Source of the DNA: Bigelowiella natans CCMP2755 | Lineage: Eukaryota; Protista; Cercozoa | Direction: 5' to 3' | DNA: 36,617 nt | Assembly: GCA_000320545.1 (NCBI GenBank) | Contig: ADNK01000823.1 | Coordinates: forward strand, 1-36,617 | Shown: positions 1-9,782 of the stretch, in pieces | Position numbering within the stretch: position 1 is the stretch's first letter | Layout: each line of letters begins with the position of its first letter | Translations under genes and position numbers: made by a program | The notes under the pieces: generated by a model | What the model was told of the DNA's origin: nothing | The model's input: the letters and a program-made list of their open reading frames with translations, nothing else | Database searches by the model: none

Positions 1-168
1 GGGGGGGGGGGGGTCAAGAGCAGAGCCCTTGCCTATTCCCCAATTCTCAGTTGCACTGCTGCAAGCACGATGCTCTCTGATATCCCAGTAGTAGGCATGA
101 ATGAGTCATGCCGAAGACTATTGTCTGTGTGTGTGTGCCTTTTGCATTGGTCGTGGTAACAACCACAG

Positions 169-375
169 TCCGGGAGAAAGGAGGACTCACACCGCTTCAT
201 GTATTATGTGTGAAATGTGTGATGATGCTCTTGTTGCTATGATAATTACACCGATATCATCGTGATTTCTCTGCTACATTGATAATATCAGGTGGCAGTG
301 CGGTGTCATAGGAAAGATGTGGTGCGTGTTTTGGTCGAGGGAAAGGCCTCCGTAGATGTGATTTTCTCAATCTGA
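169..375 (+). CDS. Ankyrin-repeat protein, 3' portion (gene begins upstream of 169, probably outside the window)
   Basis: Exons 169-200 and 292-375 join across a canonical phase-0 GT-AG intron (201-291) to give REKGGLTPLH|VAVRCHRKDVVRVLVEGKASVDVIFSI*, in exact register with the ankyrin consensus GxTPLHxAxxxGHxxVVxxLLxxGAxVD. Absent from the ORF track. The 3' end is uncertain because GTGATT at 358 could be a donor. Confidence 0.7.
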
Positions 376-420
376 CTCTCTCTCTCTCTCTCTCTCCCTG
401 CTCCTTCTGCCTTCTAGTAG

Positions 421-1092
421 CTATCTGAAATGCGTGCAGTACTGTTCGGCCGTCCAGCCGCCTTTCGAGTGCCTCAGCCAGCCGTCCTTGGATTCCATCA
501 CTTCAACCATTTCTCCGTGGAAGCTTTATTATTCAAACAAAACAAGGTGATAATGAGGAATAAGATGATGATAGATGATATCGTGATGGGGGGCATGATG
601 ATGCTGCTGCTACTGCTGCTGTTGCTGATGTTTTCTCTGTGGGTTGTTTCAACAACACAGCACGAGGGCGAGAGCCATCCTCATATCTCTATGCTTTTCA
701 TGTTTATGTCGGAGTTGATGTCGATCTGCACGTATCTCCCCTCTTCAAGTTCCTTGTCTTCTTCCTCTTCTCCACCTCCTCCTCCTCCTCCTCCTCCTCC
801 TCCTCCTCCTCATCATCATCATCATCATCATTGTCGTCGTTTGTGACGTTTGCGCACCATGTTTTGTGTGTGTTTAGTATCAGGCGTACATGAAGTTTCC
901 AGTTGGCTTCGCATCCTTGCTTGGCGCATCACGAACGTTCATTCTTTTGTATTTTGGCAGGCAAAGGCATTTATACCTGCAAATAGGAAGGAAAGAACTG
1001 AGCTGATGATTGATAATATCCGACGATGATTATGGTGATTTGTTGACATTGGTGATAGAAGGTTACGGCGGCAGAACTCTCTTCATTCTCTT
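421..1092 (-). CDS. SH3b (bacterial-type SH3)-like module in three exons, 5' end missing or unclear
   Basis: Exons 1092-1067, 976-890 and 523-421 splice through GT-AG introns into one frame: KRMKRVLPPYKCLCLPKYKRMNVRDAPSKDAKPTGNFIFHGEMVEVMESKDGWLRHSKGGWTAEQYCTHFR*. This fits the SH3b pattern NVRxxPS...G..VEV....DGW......GW. Confidence 0.6.
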
Positions 1093-1098
1093 CTGGTG

Positions 1099-2299
1099 TC
1101 ATATTGTTGATGAGTGGATGAGCTGTTCCAGATTGTACTTTGAGACGGACGAGGAGCTGGATTTGGAAGAATCATGTTCATCGCCTCCTTTACCCTTATC
1201 GGCTGCTTTGTCTCCACCTTTTTCCTCGCCAACTAATACAAGTTGTGGGTGATATATTCGGAGGAAGAGGGGTGCAAGCTCAAATAGTAGCGGGTTTCAT
1301 GATACAGATACCAACAGCATTTTGCAAGAAAGCGTTATACCATCAGTCTTATCGTTGTCGCCCTTTTCCTTGCTCTTCTTTTTGCTATCGTCGTCATTGT
1401 CGCTCTCCTCTGTGGTGGCCTCGAGAAGCCATTTCCGACCAAAGTCAAACTGGGTCAGGTTTGTTAGCACATAGCCGCCGTACTGATAGATCTTTTCTGC
1501 ATGGTGATAACACATTACAGAACGTCAGGGGGTATTATGTAGAGTGACTGAAATCGGTAAACAAGCCTTATCAAACGCTGTGAAGAACCTAACCAGACAA
1601 CCCCCCCCCAGCACCATCATACCCACCCATATTTTTGTCGTCGGCGCTCGAGAGATATTTCTGGAAGAAGAAGTCCAGTCCCTCGCCATTTTTATGGTTG
1701 AGCAAGACCTCACAGGCTGCCTTATTCGTTGTAAGATTCGCCAGAAGAGCCACGTACATCCAATGCTGCTCTTCGCTTAGTATATCTCTGTAGCACGACA
1801 GCAACACGTGAAAGAAAGCCAACCATGGTATTTTCTACCACGCCACTTCCTACCACATCACTTCCTACTGCTGCGTCTATTCTAGTCCCTTCTTTTTTAC
1901 CGAAGTTTAGCGATGCATAGTTCAACGCCTTTTTGATCGGTGACGAGCTTTCGGATGTACAAGTCCTCCGAGAGATTCACAAGGCATTTGCTCGCTTTCA
2001 GACTTATGGCTGCGTTCTGCAGTAGATCGATGAATGCATAAAACTTAGAGATAACTTCATATGCAAAAAATGAAAATTGTTGAACATTTGTGGCGCCCGT
2101 TCAATAAGATGTAGAGGTGCAAAAAGGCGTTCACCTTTCGGGCACAAGCGAGTGTCAGAAGGTGTGCCGTGGCTCCTGGAGTTTTGCCCCATGCAGCCTG
2201 AAATTCCTTTTGAGGCGTTAAACCGAGGGTAATATCCAGCGCCTACGAACACAGCAGCGTTTTGAAAGAGCAATGCGAATTAGTTCAACTAAAATCGAA

Positions 2300-2354
<55 letters not shown>

Positions 2355-2546
2355 CACACACACACAGACACACACACACAACACACAAAAAAATACACAC
2401 ACACAAACACACGTGACACCCCTCCCACGCACGCACACACGCACACAAACAAACACACTTGTACGTTAGGACCACACAAGTTTCACCTGGTCAACGACAT
2501 CAAGGCGCATGGTCTTCAGGTATGTGAGGAGGCCGGCGACGTCCAT
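1099..2546 (-). CDS. HGH1: HGH1 (FAM203, eEF2 chaperone) homolog, N-terminal ARM-like half only; apparently truncated
   Basis: Spliced exons read MDVAGLLTYLKTMRLDVVDQ|ALDITLGLT...|...KASKCLVNLSED...|...VALLANLT...|...YGGYVLTNLTQFDFGRKWLL...|...KYNLEQLI. This follows the HGH1 motif order (RxDV, LGLT, LVNLS, LLxNLT, NLxQxxxGRxxLL). In-frame TGA at 1101-1099. The later conserved NCCF motif and the C-terminal domain were not found. Confidence 0.75.
2303..2458. repeat. Compound microsatellite, (CT)n then degenerate (CA)n, in HGH1 intron 1
   Basis: Directly visible. Confidence 0.95.
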
Positions 2547-3216
2547 GATCTTGTTGCACCCGCTGCTCGCACGGGTTGGGTCTGTCTCCAGCTCTCGGAA
2601 CTTTCAGTGACGACCTCGACTTTGGCCAGGATTGCAAGCCTAAAATCACTTGCGACAAAGTTTTGTTTCATGTCGCAATAGCCCCTATGGGGATACCTCG
2701 GAGCTTTTTTGGCAGGCAAAAAGAAGTTGCAAATTCCGAATTGCTTCATTTTTACTGCCTTTTCGACGCGTGCGTGTTTTTCCTAGATCTTCGCATAGAG
2801 GAGGGTATGTATATTTTCCTTCGCATCGGCACGCTTATTATCACAGATGTGTGCGCATGATCACCAGCTTCATTTGCAGAGGAGCGACATAGCGATATCT
2901 GCTGACGCCGAAAGGAACTCCCCTTTTTTCTTTGCGACGCGTAGGAAACTCGGATGCCATTGGTGCAAGGAACTTTTTCAGATTCCCGGAGAGACGGTGC
3001 TTTCGGCCAGGATTCACACCGTCACCCAAAAAAGTATTGTCGCAGAAATAAAATCTAGGATATTTTCCATTCATTAAAATGCTTTCGGACCGACCCCGTG
3101 GTCGTCGCATTGCTCCGAAAATACTCATCAATGCAAATCTCGCATGGAGAAGTTCCACCGATTCTCCGAAGACCGGGAAGAGAATCACTTCAATTCTATC
3201 CTTTGCCACACTGACC
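2547..3216. promoter_or_regulatory. Putative bidirectional promoter, HGH1 / ankyrin gene
   Basis: 670 bp between divergent start codons, free of microsatellites. Positional inference. Confidence 0.5.
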
Positions 3217-3805
3217 ATGGGCAGTACTTGTTACAAACGAAATGATTCGCTCGAAGAATGGCCCCCGTCAATTCCATCGTCCCCGAGCGGGGGGCTCGAT
3301 AGTGAGGTAGGGAGAATTATGAAAATTGCTCGGAAAGGCAGGAACTGGGATTATGTGCTCGAGCTTATTGCTCGCCAGCAGAAAACAGGCATCTTTCATT
3401 ATGTAGATCAGTATGGAAGAAGTCTCCTTCACTACGCCGCAGAACAGGGTGAAGTGAAGGCTCTGGAGAGAATCCTTACATATGGTGCAGATGTCAACGG
3501 CCTCGACCTCTCGAAACATTCGCCATTAGGCTTTGCGGCAGCTTCAGGGAGTCTAAAGTGCGTCGAACTTTTACTTCGCCATAAAGCAGACGTGAATGCG
3601 GTAGACATTCATGGACATGGGCCTCTTTATGCTGCTGCTTGTCGAGGACATCTGGCTGTTGTGAAGTCCGTTGTTGAGCATAATGCACGCACGTATTTGC
3701 TGCACAGACCTTGATCACAAATACACCCCATTGATGTGGGCAAAAACACGGGGGCATGATGAAATTGTCGCGTATCTCGAATCCGTTTGTGAGTTACACC
3801 CTTAG
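3217..3805 (+). CDS. Small ankyrin-repeat protein (about 4 repeats) with predicted N-myristoylation; frame break near 3690
   Basis: ATG at 3217 (MGSTCYK). Repeats GRSLLHYAAEQG, HSPLGFAAASG and GHGPLYAAACRGH. A fourth repeat, KYTPLMWAKTRGHDEIVAYL...*, lies in the +1 frame and ends at TAG 3803-3805. Confidence 0.85.
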
Positions 3806-4235
3806 TGGTTGTAAGTCACGTTTGTTTAGTGTTTATTCATCTATACTATTACAGCTTATCAATCAAGGCGGCTGTTGTATTTGATGAACCCATACGCGCG
3901 AGAGCCCAAAAACTGACTCAGTCTATTCTACTGTGCATAGCATATGTCAGATTATTGTGCACAGAAAAATATTTTAGATGTTGCGCCTATTGTTGCTGAT
4001 GGCGTGCGTGTGATGCAATGAGTAGCAGTACATACTTAGGATAGACAGATATGAAATAGCTGCAACGTCACTTTATTTGTGGCACACCACGCACATATGT
4101 ATCAGCGCATTATTCAATTCCTAAATCGGTAGCTATAGCTAGTCCACATCTAGATGTGTATGTCAAATACATGGCATTATTATAGAATTTCAGAACCCTT
4201 TTAGCCTATTTCAACGACCTTCTCATACATTTTTT

Positions 4236-5802
4236 TCATTCTTTGCTATCGAAGTCACAGTCGCAGCTCTCACCACATGCAATTCCGTAGGCAAAACGGA
4301 GCATCTGTTGTTTTTCGTCCAAGATCATGTCCGGAGCAGCATAGGAGATACACAATTCCTCTCCTTCAGAAATATCCCTGCGATATAAGAATGCACGGAA
4401 TTTTCTCTTATCGCGATCGAAAAGAAAACAGTAATTAGTACCGTGTGGATCTGAATGCTGCCGCCAGTGCCTGGGAGCTGTCATTATTGTCACGTCCGCC
4501 AACCTCCCATTCTACGGCCACGTTGGGGTTGCAGCTGTGGTTAAACATGCTGCCAGATTCCAACAGGACTGAGCATCCCGACTGTGAACACCGAATCACG
4601 TTAATATGGAGCGTTCCCAGGGTCCGGGCAAACCATCTGTAATGATACCAAAATTGTACAGGGCAACCAGATGAATGAAGGCGTTGAATGTGCATCAATG
4701 AATGCTGCGTCACCGTTCAGTATATGAATTCATTGCTAGATTCTCCCCTCGAGGACCGAGTAATGTAACTATAGCCTCCACGAACAACTGAGAAATAATT
4801 GATTCGAATGTGACCCACAAATATTCAAATTTTCGCGTGTCACGCTCTACTAATGCACCTCATAGCACTTCCTGCTCCAGAGAACAATGATAGCAGTGAT
4901 AATTTTTCCCCGTTCCCAGTACCATCGTCATCGTTTTACACATGTATATATGAGAAAGGTCCTCTTTAAATATCACTCAAATTGAATTTAGTTTTCAAAA
5001 AATGGATCCCTCAATAAAGAACTTTGTCAGATTGAAAACAAATATATACTCACTTGTAGGTTGGAGGAAGAGAATCTCCCAGCGACGCAAACTGAAGACG
5101 ATATACTCGAGACCAGTAGTCATTGAACCCATCTGGGTGCTGTAAGGCTTGAGAGGCCATCAGTATCGCCATTCCAGGGAAACGAAGTTGGTTTTTCTTT
5201 CGAATAGAGTAGAGAATATCAATCAAACAGGCCATATCGCACATACTTTCTATCTTAGACTTGCCTGGCAGATGTCAATAAGCTCCGACAGGTCCACAGC
5301 GGACAAAAGCGGGTCAGATGCGAAGTCATCAGATATGTTGCTGCGTACAACCGTGCAGGGCAAAAAAGGAGTCCTCTCAAAGCCAAGTTATGAAACATCG
5401 ATGATATATGATGAGAAGTGGCAATTTGAAAACCTTGAGAGTCTGGCCAGTGGCTCGACTCGTGCCACCTGGGATCCCCCAAGCACAGCCTTCTTAGCCC
5501 TTAGAGGTTGCCGGAAAATTAATGGGTATAATCTTTGGTATAAGTAGAGAGAGGAAGGTTATTGATGAAATGACAGCACACCTGACTCCACGTCCCTTTT
5601 CGGGTATCTCTGTTACTTCTATTATCTCCTGTTGCATCCCTGGCCAGGTCTCTTCAGCGTGTGAGGAACAGAACCGACGTCTTTCACGCCCCCGGAGGAA
5701 GGCTCCCACTCGCTGGGCGTTCAGAACACATCTCTTCATGCGCAGACTTCCCTGTCTTCTGCTACAGCCGCCCCCGAAAGCGCATCGGAGGAGCTGGAGC
5801 AT
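4236..5802 (-). CDS. SET-domain lysine methyltransferase, SMYD/ATXR4-like, with Arg-rich mitochondrial-type presequence
   Basis: Multi-exon. Split-SET N-part IEVTEIPEKGRGVRAKK, core WFARTLGTLHIN...SMFNHSCNPN, C-part STRDISEGEELCISY and a post-SET Cys cluster AYGIACGESCDC. The segment ICQKNQLRFPGMAILMA resembles plant ATXR4 (from recall). Confidence 0.88.
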
Positions 5803-6301
5803 GAGAAGCTCGGCGCTGCTCTTCTGCTCGGATCCGATCTGGTCGGTTCTGTTCTCTTCTGTTACGATAAACTACAAGCGTTTCCAAGCCTGGAACATCG
5901 TAATGAGGCTGCAAGATTTTGTTCGGGAAACCGTGGGTTGCTCTCGTCGACGTAGGCAGTTGAGGCAGTAGAAGCTGCAGCCCCAAACATGCGAAGAAAA
6001 GTTTCCCAGGCACGTGCAGACCAGCTGCTGCTTCTGCTGCTGCTGCTGTTTTTAGTTCACGAAAAGAGCCTGTTATTTCGTGGAAATTATCTGCATGTCG
6101 CGCTCTCTTTTTGCACTCAATTATTTGAAATTGTCTCGTATGATGAATGCCCAGAAAAGTCTGAAACAGGAAATCTATCCCCAAAGTCCCTCCCACCACC
6201 TGCAAGACGATTGTTGGAACCACTCCCTCCTCCTGCCTCCCCCGCGCATCCTTCTCTTCGAAATAGAGCGGAGTCCAGCGAAGGAATACACAAGGAAACT
6301 G
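5803..6301. promoter_or_regulatory. Putative bidirectional promoter, SET gene / TBC1D13
   Basis: At most 500 bp between divergent starts. Positional inference. Confidence 0.5.
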
Positions 6302-7330
6302 ATGGACGAGGGGAAAGGGGAGGAAGTTGTGGGAGGTGGTTCGAACGGAGGAGGAGCGACGCCGGATAAGCACCCGAGCTCCCCGCCTGTTGCCGATAAG
6401 GCAACGGATGATAAATCAAAAATGGATGAAAAGCCCGCGAAAAAGAGCCTAAATCCTGTTAGAACCCAACCTCGTCCAGCACACAGTCCAATAGGGTAAC
6501 GAATTTCAATGATTCTATGTGCAATATATGCATCTTCTCCTCCATAAGCCTCAATTCATTTTACTCTAGTCTCTCGACCTAAATTCCATTGTGGCACATT
6601 ATTTCTGATTTACATCACTCTGTTGACATCTGGTCGCTAGGGATGATAACGAAGAGCAGAATAACCTCCCACCACGCTCACCAAAGCAAAGAGGCAATGC
6701 GGGCGCAGACAAGAAGAATCCTATGGCCAACATCGGAAACGCACTAGGAAACCTGTGGACATGGGCCAAGGAAAAGGTTTATTTCTAGACTTTCACAGAC
6801 AGTGAGGGGGAACTGACGCCGCTCATCATAACTAATAATAGGGTGCAAAATTGCAAAAGATGAGGGGAGAGAGGAAGGAAGGGATCTCACAACCGAGGAC
6901 ACAGGCTCCCGAGATCCCATTCAAAGCTCGAATGGAAATTTTCAAAAACGCGGTTAAGAAAGACGTCAAAATTGACAAAAAGTAATGCGATGAATGGAAA
7001 ACATAGGGGTGTAGAAAGGGCAGATAAAGATGTAATTGAAGGAAAGCATTCCGTCAAATGTGTTCATTCACCATCCATCCACCGTCACTACAAATGGTGA
7101 TACTCTCAGCTGTCTTCCTCATTGCGATTACTGTCTACTGATCCCGCATCAATACACCACTCTGTAGGTTTGTACGCGGGCATGCATTCCTGTACGGTTC
7201 GCCAGATACAGACGGATATCGATCTATTCTCTGGAAACTGCTCCTCAATTATCTTCCCTGGAATCGCTCAGAGTGGAAGAAGGTGGGAGGAGGAAGAGGA
7301 GAGAGTGAAGTCACCACCACCACCACCACC

Positions 7331-7362
<32 letters not shown>

Positions 7363-7618
7363 CATCATCATCATGCCGCTAACAACATACTGCTGCTCCT
7401 CCGTATGTAGGAGCTGAAAAGCCGGAGAGAGCTTTACAACGAGTGGGTCCTGGAGTTGATCACGAACCCTTACCGGGTTCTCTTCGCGAAGCAGCAGCAA
7501 AAGTCTGGTGGCAAGATTCCTGCTGAGGCTGCTGCTGATTCCAAAAAAGGGAAAGGTGCTGCCCTCAGGTACAGTCACTATGATGAGGGGGGCTTACTTA
7601 TTTTTAAGAAGAATATTA

Positions 7619-7666
<48 letters not shown>

Positions 7667-9712
7667 TATAAGTACGTGTCCTTTAGCAAAGTAGTTTTTG
7701 TCATGCATGTCCTCATCCTCTTTCTTCATTCTTCCCATCGAATCTTTTTCAGATTAGAGAGCGTAAACGAGCTCGAGGATCCTCTTCGGCAGGAGCCTGC
7801 TAGCGAGTGGGTGCAGTTCTTCAAGGACGAGGAGCTGAGGGAGGAGATCCACAAGGACGTCATGCGCACGTATTTGGAACAAATGCAAATAAGAATGACA
7901 ACAACAACAACTATAACAACCACGACAACTCTTTACATGCGTGCTGCGCCAACATATGAGTGCAATAATTCGATCAAGGGATGATGGTGGGAGGGACACA
8001 TACACTGGATATAGCATTTTGCCTTCGATGTACACTTCAGTGCTGCAGTTGTCTAACCACTCATTCCTTCGACTTTGCCTCTACTATTTCCTCATAGATA
8101 CGCGTCGTTCTCCTTCTTCATGCAGCGGGTGCGGCCCAAATACCCCAGCCCAAGCAGAAAGGGTGCCGACGATGGAAAAGAGAAGAAGGCGGGGAGCGGG
8201 CAGGGGAACAAGGCAGAAACTACAGCAGACGAGGGCGACACTTCTGCGCTGATGGTGCCCTCACCAAAAGGCGCAAAGCCCAAACCGGCCAAAGTGTACA
8301 TGCCCTCGCCGGACGAGACACATCACGACGTTCTCCAGCGCATCTTGTTCATCTACGCGAAGCTGAACCCTGGAGTGCGGTACGTGCAGGGCATGAACGA
8401 GATCCTGGCCCCCATCTACTTCACTTTCGCCCACGGCGTGGCAGTGGACGATGCATACGAGTTTCGACGCTGTGCGGAGGCGGACGCGTTCTTCTGCTTT
8501 AACAATGTAATGACGGAGATCCGCGACCGCTTCATCCGGTCTCTGGACTGCACGAGCGCAGGCATAATCGCCGCCGTGAAGGATCTGAACGACTTGTTGG
8601 AGAAAGTCGATAAAAAGCTGCATCTGCACCTCCGCCGCCTCAACATCGACCCGCGTTTCTACGCTTTCCGATGGCTCACGCTACTTCTCTCCCAGGTGGT
8701 TTCTTCATAAACATTCCTTCTCATTCAATTGTTACCACCACTCTCATCATCGTCTCGGCTTCCTCCTCCTCATCGTCATCATCTTCTTGTTCCTCCTCGT
8801 CACTGTCGTTGTTATCACCAATCACTTCAGGAGTTTGAGCTTCCCGACACCCTGCGGCTCTGGGACTCGCTCTTTGCCGATGAAAAACGATTCGAGTAAC
8901 AAAGAGAGATTGCTACATTGAAAAATGAAACACCAGCAAAGGACGAAGGAAAATATCGTCATTATCATCGTGAATGCTGCCCATCGTTTTTGGCTCATCC
9001 TCCTCGGTGTCATCACCAATAGCAGCAGCCACCCTCTCATTATTGGTTTATCCTCCTCCTCCTCCTCCTCCTCCTCCTCCTCAGATACTTGACGTACTGC
9101 TGTTGCTCAATGCTGCTCATATATCGCGACAAGCTTCTCGAGGGGGGCTTCGCCGAGGGCCTCCGTCTCTTGCAAGAGTATTTCTCACAGTCGTAGTATC
9201 AGTGTTGTAGTAGTGGTAGTAGCAGTTGCAGTAGTAGCTGCAGTAGTAGTACATGCACCACAAGTCTCATGATCGTCGTTGCGTATCCCCCCCCCCTCGT
9301 CTTCGCTTTGTAACAGCTATCCCCCAACGGACTTGCATAAGATCCTTGCCAAAGCCACCTCGCTTGCATTACATACAAAGGTAGTAGTAGGAATAGTAGT
9401 TGCAGTAGCAGTAGCAGCAGCAAGGGGGGGGGGGGGGGGAGGAGGAGGATGAGGAGGAGAGGGAACAGGGAATATGTACCTAGAGACTGCAGCATAGAAA
9501 TGAGCTTATCCTGTTACCTCCACGATCTGTAACTATTAAGCCCGGGATGACTCTTATCACCTCTTCTTCTCCTCCTTCTCCTCTCCTCCTCCCCTCCTCC
9601 CCTCCCTCTTCAGTTTCAGCTCCAAACGTCGAGTGGCCAGCAACTAGTCATGCCAATTGACCTTGACAAGCATTTGGGACTCGACGTTGGTAGGCGAAGA
9701 CGGAAGACGTGA
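6302..9712 (+). CDS. TBC1D13: TBC-domain Rab GTPase-activating protein, TBC1D13-like
   Basis: Spliced motifs YRSILWKLLLNYLP, RELYNEWVLELITNP, DPLRQEPASEWVQFFKDEELREEIHKDVMRT (R finger), RILFIYAKLNPGVRYVQGMNEILAPIY (Q finger), AEADAFFCF, FYAFRWLTLLLSQEF, LRLWDSLFAD and LLQDYP. Stop TGA at 9710-9712. An upstream in-frame ATG at 6140 is an alternative start. Confidence 0.92.
7316..7373. repeat. (CAC)n-(CAT)n intronic microsatellite
   Basis: Directly visible. Confidence 0.95.
7624..7664. repeat. (TA)n intronic microsatellite
   Basis: Directly visible. Confidence 0.95.
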
Positions 9713-9751
9713 TAGACACGTGCCACAGTTGTTCGCGAACGAAGATGTTGG

Positions 9752-9782
9752 GATGGATGGATGGATGGATGGATGGATGGAT
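9752..9782. repeat. (GGAT)n tetranucleotide repeat in the TBC1D13 3' UTR
   Basis: About 7 copies, starting about 40 nt after the stop codon. Confidence 0.9.

Noticed and set aside
430-893. Plus-strand ORFs of 138 and 84 aa
   Set aside because: Made of poly-L/P/H/S from intronic repeats and antisense to the spliced SH3b exons, with no recognisable motif.
1099-1101. TGA as selenocysteine or a reassigned codon
   Set aside because: No redox Cys context and no SECIS recognised. Other genes here use TGA as a normal stop and have no internal stops, so the standard code applies.
3693-3707. 15-nt GT-AG micro-intron in the ankyrin gene
   Set aside because: Its length is a multiple of 3, so it does not repair the frame.
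5762-6419. Overlapping 100-203 aa ORFs in the SET/TBC spacer
   Set aside because: Antisense or alternative frames of TBC exon 1 and the UTRs, with no motifs.
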